DNA of 63,354 nucleotides, the filler included, from Octopus bimaculoides (lineage: Eukaryota), in assembly GCF_001194135.2 (NCBI RefSeq). It is 7 parts of 7 records of this genome, joined end to end, with 100 filler letters (N's around TTAATTAATTAA, not from the genome) between each part and the next. Parts side by side here need not be neighbours in the genome. Positions count along the whole stretch, not along the records: positions 17,636 to 42,609 come from NC_068983.1; 6 more parts are not named here. One strand, 5' to 3'. The position numbers and the translations under genes were made by a program. Numbering within the stretch: the first letter of the stretch is position 1; each line of letters opens with the position of its first letter. Shown here piece after piece: positions 25,415 to 37,539 of the stretch. Under the pieces are notes generated by a model, which worked only from the letters and a program-made list of their open reading frames with translations, was not told where the DNA came from and ran no database searches.

Positions 25415-25500
25415 AACACCACTTGACAACAGATGTCTTGTTTACGCCCTTGTAGCATAGCGATTCGGCAAAAGAAAACGATAGAATTTGTACCATGATG
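25415..25500 (+). mobile_element. SINE family B fragment after a long (TG)n
   Basis: accacttgacaacagatg...tagcgattcggcaaaagaaaacgatagaat. Confidence 0.65.
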
Positions 25501-26229
25501 TAACAAAATAAGTAGCGGAGTAGAATTTTTCGACTACACACTTCAAGAGGATCCCCAGCATACTTACAGTGCAATGAATAAAAGAAGGAAAAGATAATAG
25601 ATAATGATTCATTTCTTTCAAAATCGATAAAATTATTCCGATGGAATAGTTATTCAATAATCTGAAAATATTGATTCAATCAGAGATTGGATTTATACTA
25701 ATTCAAAATAAATCATTATTTATCAATATTTAAAAGTAAAATAAAACTTCATTTTAATGTTTAATGTTTAGGTGACATTTCAAATAAATTTCAATGCCAG
25801 AATGTGAAAGTAACTATCCTAAAAAACTCTAATACTGTCCACACTATAAATCTATATACATATATAACGATGAAAAGTGTTTGAATATAAATATAATATT
25901 AATATTTTATCTCTGGTACTTTTAGGCAAAACTGCGTTTAAATGATTTGCGAATACAAATGAAATGTAAGACAAGTTATTTCAAGGCAATCCGCTACAAA
26001 TATACAAATAAGAAAATATTAATCATTATAAGTTTTCTTATTTGTTTTAATGAGATAAAATAAAGCTGATTGTGAAATATAATTAACAAGCCTATCAGTC
26101 TATCAACCGGTCATTCAATCTATCAACTTGTTTATATTTATATAAAAAATAGTCTCATAACCTCCAGAATGCACCCCACATATATATGTGTGCGTGTGTG
26201 TGTGTGCTGGACCGCTGAAATCTACAAGT

Positions 26230-26385
26230 TCTTTTTATTCTCCTTCTGTTTATTTTCTTTTCCTTTCGGTTGAAGAGCGTATAATCGAAATGTAAAAAAT
26301 TCTTCATTTTCCCGAGCGTCAATCTAATACACTTGCTTGCTGTTCATGCACCTGTCTTCGTCTTTTGTTTTCTATAAATTTTACC

Positions 26386-26390
<5 letters not shown>
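26230..26390 (+). mobile_element. Short pLTR-like (Penelope-derived?) repeat
   Basis: Pyrimidine-rich flanks around ttgaagagcgtataatcgaaatgt, a decayed hammerhead-like core; ends in (TA)n. Confidence 0.4.
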
Positions 26391-26418
<28 letters not shown>

Positions 26419-26540
26419 TTATATATATACATACATGCTTATAAACATACACACATATGTATGTATGTATGCATGTATTTATGTATGTATGTATGTATGT
26501 ATGCATGCATGCATGTATGTATGTATGTATGTATGTATGA

Positions 26541-27716
26541 ATGCGAGGTACATTCTAAAATTTATGGGAGGTAGTTATAACTGACCTAGATTATAGTAAT
26601 TTCAGCATACCAATACTATGCACTTAAATTGACCACCCATCTTTTAATTTCACATTGAAGGAGACTGCTATAACTACACTTTGAACACACTATAATGAAC
26701 ACTGTTTATTGCAGGTGACTAAATTAAGGGACTCAGCCCGGACGTGAAGACAATTTGAAAGCTCGCTATGAAATAAAAGTTTGAGCTGACCAAGGCAAAA
26801 ACGCTACAGAAAATTATAGACTCACCAGATTACTTATGGATTAACTTGCATAAGCCAAGCTGTTCTTTTTTACTGACGCAAATGGTTCAAGGATGGTAGA
26901 GATGAGGTGAGAGATGTGGTGAGAGATGATGAGGGATTTGGGAGGGATAGGGACGTCATAATATCAGAACTAGTCGTGAAAAGTCTCAGCTTTCTGCATC
27001 AAACCATTGTGTGTCTATAAAAACAATCAGCATACAATTTGGAGTGGGTGGGGCAACTGTACACTGAATTATTCATGAAGATATAAACATGTGCAAAATT
27101 TCTGCACATGTTCAGTGACGATCAGAAGGGAAGACGCGTTGTTTACAGCAGGGCGATGGATAGCTCTTTATCTTCATTCACAGAGTACTTGAATATCTGG
27201 TAACTTGTGACGAAAGCTCCATCTACAGTTATGATCCAGAGAACAAGTGACAGAGTGCGCAATGGAAGCATCATGGCTCCCTCAGACCCAAGAATGCCAT
27301 GCAAATCAAGGCCACCAGGAAACTTATTTACAGCAAATGGGTCCCCTTTTGACGTAAATGTATACTTTCTGCAGATGTTAAGGGAGATTAGGTGATTTCT
27401 TTGCAAAAAGCAAGAGTTCTTTCCCTCGGGTCGGCGATATCTGTACCAGGACAATGCACTTGTTGGCAATTCTATCATTGACACAGATGGCCACCAAACA
27501 GTCCATTACCCTCCCCTAAAGTCCAGACATTGTTCCCTGTAACTTCTGGTTGTTCCCTGAGCTGAAAGAGGACCTCAGGGACAGCCGTTTTTAAAATATC
27601 GAGAACATGAATTGGCCTGCTACAATGGTCCTGGAAACCTTCACTCTGGAAGACTTCCACGGGGCCTTCAAATAGTCGCTGGAGCACAATTGCAAGTGCA
27701 TTGAAGTGAGAGGATA
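26541..27716 (+). mobile_element. Degenerate mariner (DD34D-type) transposon
   Basis: Broken frames give VTCDESSIYSYDPE, QDNA, SPDIVPCNFWLFPELKE and CKCIEVRG; TIR-like start tgcgaggtacattctaaaa; many stops and frameshifts. Confidence 0.9.
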
Positions 27717-29991
27717 TATATGTATATATATATATCTGTGAGTGCTTTTAATGCTGCCGTTCATCCATCCCGGTTCGACGAAGTAAGAACCAATTAAATA
27801 TTGTGATCAGTTCAATCGACTATATCCAATCCAAATTTAAAACAGGTGTTGCTATAAAATACAGAATTGCTATAAAAGCATTATTTAATATTTGTTTCAT
27901 CTCTACTTCAATATCTTTGTAATGACGATGAAATGAGTACTTGAAACGTAACGACGCAGATTCCAATAGCTATAATCATTGCCTAGATACATGTGTTCTG
28001 TTTTTTTTAATAAAAGAATGGTTCAAAGACAGTGGGGTGAGAATTAGGTGCTTCCTCTGTATAAAAAGGGAAACCTTTTTTATTAAACATATAAGCTGCT
28101 CCTTCACTAAAGATACCCACTGGCGTCCTACAGTAAGTAATAAATATAATAATCAATTTAATTGTAGAACTGCAGCCTTGAAATGCGTTAAATTGTCATT
28201 GACGCAAAGAATGGAAAGCACCAGAGTAGAGATTCGCTTTTGGCCAAAGGAACTCATGATTTGGTTTCGGCTTCGGTTTCGATTTCCAGTTATTAAAATT
28301 ACATCCCAGGTAAGATTCCCATGTGACATCTGATTTCGATTGCTGTTGGTTTATTGTTAATTTACGACAAATGTAGAGTTTATTATTTTGACAGATAAAA
28401 CGTCTCTTAATGATATTAAAATACTTTCTGCGCTTTATTTTCTTGGCACAGACAGAAAAAGAATTATAGAGTGTGTTTCTTCCTTGTGACCTTTAAGGAG
28501 GTAACATTTAATTGGGATTTAACATGCCATGCAGACTCATCTACGAACACCAGAGATAAGTTTTATTACAAAAGGCTGCAGAAGTCTAAGCAAAGAATGC
28601 AATCAAAATTGATTCAATCTAGAGTAATTCTCATTTGTTAAAATTCCTCTCGTGATATGGAACGTCACCAGTATAGTTTGTAATTTGCGTAGGAAACATT
28701 TCACTAGACATTTCTCACTAAAGATATTAGAAATTATTACATTATAAACTCATATTTCACCTCATTTTCAAATCTTAAGCTTCTTGTTTCAATGAAACTT
28801 AGAGGGTGAGGACGAATTATTTAGCCATAGCTGTCTTAATCCAGCAGAACTATAATCAAGGCAGTTTCAGCTGTGATATTATTTTTTCTGATTTAGTGTA
28901 TCAAGTACTAAAATATCTAGCGTTTATCTATCTTTTATAACATAACAGGATGTTAACAGAGGTACATTCTGTTATCTTTTCTAGCAGGCTGAGAGATTAT
29001 GAAGAGATGCTCTCATTGAGTCTTATTACAGGATTAGTAGAGGTTGGTTTATTTTAGTAATCATTTAAAATTTCGCTCTTCTAATTTCAAATCACGCCGA
29101 TATCATTTTTATTTTAATGCTTTCCGCTCAAAAAGTATCAGCACCAATAATATATATTGAGGTCAGTTTAATCGACTATTTTGCATTAATAAGAATAAAG
29201 TTTTCTAGTGTCTAGACCAATGATAACATTACTTTCAATTTTATTTTTCTTCACTATGATGAAATTCACTTTTATTCTAATTGCTCGCATAAAATTCATT
29301 TATCAGGAAAAATTGATTAGGTTTTTTTGTTCAGTCATCATACATGTTTAAAATAATTTCTACTAATTACCACTATCTCGTTAATTTATCTTCTAAATTT
29401 GAACGTAAATTATTATTGTTATTCATTTTTTATAACCGTGTCTCATCGAACGACTATATATATTGATTGCTTTGTCTCAGCGAAATACTTTTTCAAAGTA
29501 ATTTAGAAAATGAAAGTAACACAAATAAATTACTGGTACACATTTTCACGATTCCAGAGATATGAAAAGCAAACCTGACGACCATACAGATTTTGAAATT
29601 AGAATCAATTTTGAATCTGTAGAATATAGGTTATAACGCATTTAATACAGTATTATAGCAGTCAGCGAATTCATCACCGTTCCTCGGCGTAAGTATTATG
29701 ACATCATTTTCACACTGAACAGTTATTGTTATCTTTGATTATATGGTCAGTTTTGCAGAAGTAGACGCAGGTCTACGACGACAAAACTCTGAGAATTTTG
29801 ATTTTTAGGTGTTGTAATTATGCAGTCTTCGTCGTTGAAACACATTTCAAAAGTTATGAACGCCGAAGTATCTCTTTCCTACAGACTCTTTCGTACCTCA
29901 TACAAATGATATGGAAGCACCTATGTGATTGCTAAGACTGATAGAAATACCTTAGCTTTACAAATACAACAGATAAAGATTTCCTACATAC

Positions 29992-30277
29992 GGCCGGTGC
30001 GTCCCCTATTCTTCCGCCGACACCCACCCGCCCTAGAGTGAGCACCCTCGCCCTTGCCGTCACCGTCGTTCCACGCGTCGCACCGCGGCAGATCCGCTCG
30101 CTTGCCCACCGGCAGCCGCTGCCATTCCGTTCGTCCTCTCGTCATCGTTTGTTCGGTTTCTTTCTCGCCCGCACCTACACGCCGTCGTCGTCGCTGCCGT
30201 GCGCCTGCACGCCGTCGCTTACGCAGCTCGGTCGACCTAGTCGTACGTGCCTTCCGCGCACGCTCCGGGTTATATTA
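29992..30277 (-). promoter_or_regulatory. GC/CpG island; probable first exon with promoter
   Basis: About 280 bp of very GC- and CpG-rich unique sequence in AT-rich DNA. On the - strand it begins just after TAATATAAC and ends exactly at a GTATGT donor (29986-29991). Strand is inferred. Confidence 0.5.
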
Positions 30278-30972
30278 GGAATGTCTCTGTTAATATGCGC
30301 CATCATCACCACTAGCAATATATTGCTCCAGTGTATAATACTAAGTAACTATGTAAGATCTCCATAGATACGTATTGAGGCAGTTCTCTGTTATGGTTAA
30401 ATTAATTAGGGATAGCATGTATGGACCTTAAAATATAATTTTGTAGTCACTCTTAAGAGGAGGCACATTATCAACCAAAAACGAACCACTGTCTTTCACA
30501 GAAGAGTAAATATTAAATACAGCAATGAATAAATACAGCATTTTCTTGTCTCCTGCTCTATTCCACTTTCGCTGTCTCTGTTAAATACTTCAGGATATTC
30601 TCCCAGCGTTGACTATCTTGGCCTCCTGTCTGATTTTACGGCCTTATTTTTGTTCGTTTATTTATATCAGTTCCTTTGTGTGCCCACGGTCCTACTTATT
30701 TTATTGTCTGTCCCTAGTGCACCCACTAATTGTCTCGTTTTGGATTGCATTTATTCCACATTTGTATGTTAACCATCTGTATCGTATTCTTGTCTGTTTG
30801 TACATTTTCTGTCATGTTTCTTGTATTTTGGCTCACCAATTGCCAGCAGTAGGGTATTCAATATTATCGGTTAAGCGCGAAATTGCGATTGACCTGCTGG
30901 CCAATAACTGATGGGGAGTTGGTGACCATGTGTACCTGATTCTCGTTTATGCATTTATTATATGTTTTTAAC

Positions 30973-31007
<35 letters not shown>

Positions 31008-33985
31008 NNNNNNNNNNNNNTCTAAGAGGGGGGCAAACAGACACAAAGGCACACACTCCTAGATGTATATACATCTTGCATGTAACGTGTGTGCATGTAT
31101 ATGCTTGTGTGTGTGAGATAGATGAAAAATAATTGACTAACAACTGGAATAAGATATAAGACGATATACGGTGTTTCCTCAGGGCTTGATTTGAGCTATT
31201 CATTCTAAGCTTCATCGATACACGATGTTGATTACCTGTTGATAAACGTGACACTGAATGATCATCTGCATGGCTTGCAAATCACAGTCAAGTATTGAAA
31301 TACGAGCTATCCATTGGATGATATAGTCGTATATATGCATTGTCCGAGAGAACGATGAGTTAGTTTTGACCTCCAAACATTCTTTTTATATATAACAGGG
31401 CTGTTTTGAAATGTCGCAGCTGCCTATTTGCCATTACAATAACTCCATAAGTAACAGAATATGAAAGGTGAAACAATTGTATCTATTTGTTGCAATTCTG
31501 CGATAGATGAACAGTTATCATTTTATTATATTATCTAAACACGCACAAGCTAAACTATCTGTGTAAATGAACTTCACTATTTGATGCAAGAACATCGGAA
31601 GACAAAGTTTCCATTTTCATATTCTTCTTTAGAGGTTTAAAATTACGCACACACACACATATACGCTCGCACACACGCATACGTATGCATGCGCGCACGC
31701 ACACACATTTGCGTTAGTATTAGCATACAGAAGATAACTGTCGGAAAAACGTGTTAGAGTATTATATGTAGGTATATGTACGTGTGTGTGGTGGGGATGA
31801 ATAGGTTTCTTGTGTACAAAGGGAGGAAAAGAACATTCAATATATAAAGTAGATTATATATTTATATGTACAAAAAAAACGCACGATTTCTTGTGTGTAA
31901 ATACCATATGTATACACACACATGCAGGCATACAAACGCACATACACACACACACACACACACACATAGACATGTACGTGTGCACACCTTATACATTCTT
32001 ATTGATATTTTATCTTCAGTTCTACTTTGATGATTTAATCATGCAATACCTTCAGATTATTTACAGCTTTGTACAATTGCTGGCGTTAATCTCAACAGGT
32101 TCTTTTTCTACCTTCCCAAAACACTCTTCTATGTTTTCTTGGGGGTTTCATATACTTATTCTCTTAATCCTACCCTACATGTATGTGTGAGTGCATGTGT
32201 GTTTGTGCCGGTGTGTGTGTGTGAGTGCGTGTGTGTTTGTACCTGTGTGTGTGTGTATAAGTATGCATATAATTCGCACACCCACACGCATTCATAAACG
32301 TGGATATACAAACGAGTATACGTGTATGTCGATATCTAACTGTGAACTTCTGTTTATGTTCTCTATGTATAAACAGCATATTTCACATCTATATGTTTCG
32401 TAATCATTGTCAGGTCCCAATGTTTTCTCTCTACTTGTAATGGGTTTCTTCTGTATTATTTTATTATTCAAGTGTTGGGAAAGCGAAAACAACAATACTA
32501 TGATCTTTGTTGGTATTGTTATTGCTGTTGCTGGCGTTGTTATTGTTGTACTTATCATTGTTATTGCAGTAGTTTGTTTGCTTTTCTTTTCTTTTCTTTT
32601 CTTTTTTATCCATTTTCTCTGTATGATGTTTCATGCCTACATTTGTCAATATTATTACTGCTGCTGTGACTGTATTCTTCTTGTTGTATTATTCTTTCTC
32701 TTGTTATTTGCAATTGCCTTTAATGCATTCCTGGCACACGAAAATACACCCATTGGAAACCATTAACATTTTCTGCCAATTAGCTCTCTTTCTTTCACTC
32801 TCCATCATTCTGTTTTTTCTGGCTTCGTTTCTCTCTTCCCTAACTCTCTTCATATAATTGTATTCCCTTTTTCTGTCCCTTTATCTATCTTGGCTCTTCC
32901 TCTACAATTATCTTGAATATTCTTCTTTGGTGGGAAGGAATAAAAACTATCGAAACACCCAACCTCCCGCTATAGCGCAATTGAATTGCAATATGACTGC
33001 CGCTCAAATATATTCCACTCCCAGAGCGATCCATTATTCTGTCAAATCAGTCTTACTTTAAAGAATATCTATGAGAAATTCGGGGATAAAAAGTCAAACA
33101 AATAAACTTACATGCATGCAGGAAAAAATAAAGACATTCAGATATGTAGATGATTTCAGCGAAAAATATTTTTCTTGAAGTCTCACGCAATAGCATATTT
33201 TCGTAGCGTAATGATGTCTCCAAACTATCCTGAAATAAAAAATCAATATTATTTGTAAAGAGGGTCTGCTTTTACTATTATTAATAGCATTAATACTATT
33301 TTCGCAGGTTTGCTACTCTCACAAAAACTAAGCAACAGCAACAACAAAAACTACTATTACCACCACTACTACTACTACTATTTCTGCTACTGCTGCTGGC
33401 GCTCTTACGGCATTTTTATGGACAAGTTACTAACTTCCTGAAATATATTACCCGTACATTATTCAGCGTCTAATCTTAACTCTATTTTCCTAAGTATAAC
33501 TGGGGTGAAAGGTAGATTTCCCTATCAACTGGCTATGACACCAGCCATTTCTATGTTTATTGCCCAACATAACTGGTAGCTATTCCAGCACGATAAGGTA
33601 ACTACGGCAATGTAAAAATACCCAATTTAGAAACCAAATGATGGGATTTATACAAATTTATAAATCGCACTGCTCAAACGAAATGTTCATCATTCATTTA
33701 TTGTTAATCTCTGTAGATATAACTAGTATGGGATGGTTATTTATGTCAGTGATCCCCTTGAATAATATCGTTTACAAGGCAATTCGTTAATTGTTTTTAC
33801 CAACACTGATAAGGAACGAAAAGAGTTGATTCATGAAGCCGAGAATTACTTGCATACATACATTCAAAATGAATCGCAAAAGTTTTTATGTATAGTGTTT
33901 ACTCCTAGTTAATTCCAATTAAACATACAGATAATGGACGACGGCGCAGCTCTGAACTCCTTAATTTTTCTTTGGTATTGCATAG

Positions 33986-34048
33986 GTATTCTGAAAGCTG
34001 GGATCCAAAGCAACTCGTAATAGGTTGGCTACCCAGTCATAAACTTAG
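33986..34048 (+). CDS. Candidate exon (YSESWDPKQLVIGWLPSHKL), phase 2-2, product unknown
   Basis: Acceptor tttctttggtattgcatag, donor GTGAGT. Followed by a 66-nt intron with CTAAC branch point and cccttag acceptor into another open frame at 34115. Confidence 0.3.
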
Positions 34049-34438
34049 GTGAGTGTTTGAAAAATGCCTATAGGCTCTATGGTTTGCGCATAGAACTCTA
34101 ACCTGTTCCCTTAGATATAAGGTCACCACATCGATCATTGCATTGGCTTTACTTCAGTCACGAAAGACAGGTTCTTCCCTTGTATTCATTCCGACATTAC
34201 TTTCCACGATGCACAGGAATTCACTTCTAACTCCGACACCACCATCAATTTCCTAGGCATTTCTGCTTCTAGTCTTATCCTTTACACTCTTAGCGAACAT
34301 CATTTTTCTATCGACCGTTTTGCTCTACACACTTGCATACATGCATACATGCATACATACATACATACATACAAACATACAAACATACATACATAAATAA
34401 ATACAAACACCCATACATATATATGTATATATATATAT

Positions 34439-34496
<58 letters not shown>

Positions 34497-34582
34497 TTAG
34501 GGAAATATATATATACATGTATGTATGTATGTATGTATGTATATATATATAAATGGTATTTTTATATAAGCTTTCTATATAA

Positions 34583-35070
34583 AGTAAGGTAGCGAACGAT
34601 AGAGGAATATTGTCTTTGACAAGAGAAAAGATAGAAGCGAAGACCTTACCTTGTCTGGCCTAACAGCCCTCCATGTTTGTGATCGTTTGATTTGTTGTAT
34701 GTCTCCACTGTCCTGTTTTTGTAACCAACTTTCACACTCCGCAGATCCCAAATTTTATTTTGGTTCGCGGGAGCAACTGCCGTTTGAATCCTCATATTGT
34801 AATTAATTGCTCGAAATGAGGAGTAGATGAACAGCCGGTACCATATATGCTTGTATGTACATGTATGTATGTATATATGCATACATTTTTGTTTTATTTA
34901 TATTATGATATGATTGAACGACACGCTTCCATTTCCAAGTAAGTTTATCTCAATATTATTAATGCGACTCTACCCTGTACTGTTCTCTCCACCCCCCGTT
35001 CGTTTTCTCTCTTATCCTTTCTCTAATTCTTTTTTCTCCCTCCACCGTTTTCTATCTGATTCTCTCTCTT

Positions 35071-35124
<54 letters not shown>

Positions 35125-35720
35125 CTTTACTCTCTCTCGTTGCTCACATGTGACCATCATCCATCTTTCTTTTCCTCACGTGATTATCTTTCTTTACTTT
35201 CAGTCTGTCTTACAGACCACACGCATTCTTATCTGTCTTTTCTTCTATCTTTTCTCTTGTCAAAGACAATATTCCTCCAGCGTTCGCTACCTTACCTCGT
35301 CTGGCCTAACGGCCCACCATGTTTCCTTTCGTTTGGTATGTTGTATGTCTCCACTGTCCAGTTTTTGTTACCAACTTTCACTCTCCGCAAATCCCAAATT
35401 TCATTTTGGTTCGCGGGAGCAACTACCTTTCGAAGCCTCATATTGTCGTTAATTGCTCCAAATGAGGAGTGGATGGACAGCTGACAACTGATGAAGGGTC
35501 GTTCTTTATGTTACTTATCTTGTTTTCCATTTGTTTCTCTCATTGTTCGCATACCCAAGTTTGTCTTAGTAGTTCATGTTGTTTACGTTTTGTGACATTC
35601 TGTACATGCATATGTATATACATATATATGTTTGTATGTACATGCATATATATATATATATATATTATTTACATTATTATATGATTGAACGCCACGCATC
35701 CATTTCCAAGTAAGTTTATG
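34583..35720 (+). repeat. Two copies of a pLTR-like repeat (34643-34945, 35140-35720), the first with an inverted 5' segment (34583-34642); third fragment at 36445-36495
   Basis: Shared ccttacc...ttggttcgcgggagcaact...aatgaggag. 34583-34642 is the reverse complement of the sequence at about 35238-35297. Confidence 0.8.
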
Positions 35721-35721
35721 T

Positions 35722-35755
<34 letters not shown>

Positions 35756-37063
35756 TTGTTGCTATTATGCAAAGGTGTCTTTAGTCCAAAATGTTGCTTT
35801 TTCAAAAAATGAAAAAATCGAGAAAAACTGTTGTACTACACTTTGACAATATTTGATGTCTTGGCATCTGAAGCACCTGGAGATATGATAGTTTTCCCAA
35901 AAGAACCGGCTATTGCAAGCAAAAAGAAATATCGAAAAAAGCGCATTTGGCCAAATTTGGACATACGAAAGTTTAACATAATAGCAACTATATATTTATA
36001 TATATATATATGTATATATACTAATGAAGCGCCTACTCATTAAGCGTGTGAAGTTAAGCTCCTGGAAAACCTCGAAAAATTGCAGTCAGATCTAATTAAA
36101 CTGAAATCTAAGTGGTTTCTTTTTGAAATACATTACTGACAGTATACCATAATATAAACTATCTTTCATTCAATGAATTACTACGCAGTTATAAGGAATT
36201 TTCCGACTGAGAACCACGTGGTTGCTTAAAATATAGCTTGATATTTACGTTTGACTGTAGTTTTTCTGAGAAATTCCGGTCGTTAAGATTCTAACTTGTA
36301 TAAGCCAAATGTTTGTATGCAATTTTGTAGATTCTTAAAATATCAAATACAAAATTTTCTGGAACCTCAGGTTAGCTTACAATTTCTATAACGAATCACG
36401 TAGGTGAGATCATTCATTCTGGGTAAGAACATATAATACCGTGGAGAAGTTTATTTGGTTCGCGGGAGCAACTGCTTTTTGAAGCCTCATATTTTCTTTT
36501 TTTCTGACTAGTCTCAACGTAAGAGAAACATAAGTTTATTATTCCCTCCTTTTTCTGGCTTCCTCGGTGTATGCGGATAATTTTTATGTTTATTATCACG
36601 TGCCTGGTGTCAGGTTGAATTTTTATAGTTGTCTTTGTGTTGTGTTTTATCTCTATTTACATTTACATCGATCTATTCATCTACCTATTTCAGTTTTTCT
36701 TGTCTCCTCTTCTTCTCCTTTCTCTCTCTTTCTCACAGATGTTCATGTATATCTTCATTGACTTCTCTTTATCGACATCGTTCCTTCTATCTCTTCATTT
36801 CTCTTCATGTGATTTATCTCTGTTTCTTTTATCTCCACATTTTTCGCTCTCTGTCTCTACATTTCCATTTCCATCCATCTCTCTCTCTCCGTCGCCTTCT
36901 CTTTTTGCTTTCTTTTTCTCTCACGTCTCTCTACTTCTCCTGATTATTTCTACATCCCTCTCTCTTAAGTTCGTTTTTCTTTCTTTGTCACTTCATCTCT
37001 ATCTACGATTATGACACTCCTTTCTCTGATTTTGTCGACTACTTTTACGTCTCCTCTTTCTCT

Positions 37064-37115
<52 letters not shown>

Positions 37116-37539
37116 CTCTCTTTCTCTGCATTTCTATCTCTACTTCCTCCTGACCTCTCTTACTTCCTATCTCAGCATTATTGACCCCTGCAAAACCAAC
37201 TACACCAATGACAGCATCTCCTTTTAAATACACATATACTGATAGTTTGAAGAAGAAAAAACGATGTTCCTTATATGGAAATTAGCAGAAGGATCACCAC
37301 CAAAATACCTAATTGCAGAAGCCCTGGAAAGCTTTGGATTTTACCGGACCATAACACAAATCGAAAGGAAAAAGAACGAATTCATTCGTTCGTATGCATT
37401 GATTAAACTGCACATTGGGTTTATTAAACAACATATTCAAAGTGAAGTGTAAAATACAAAAAGACGAAAAAGAAATCTGTGACTAAACAGAATCCAAGGA
37501 GGATCAGGCAGATGCTGTGACAGAGGGACACAAAACAGG

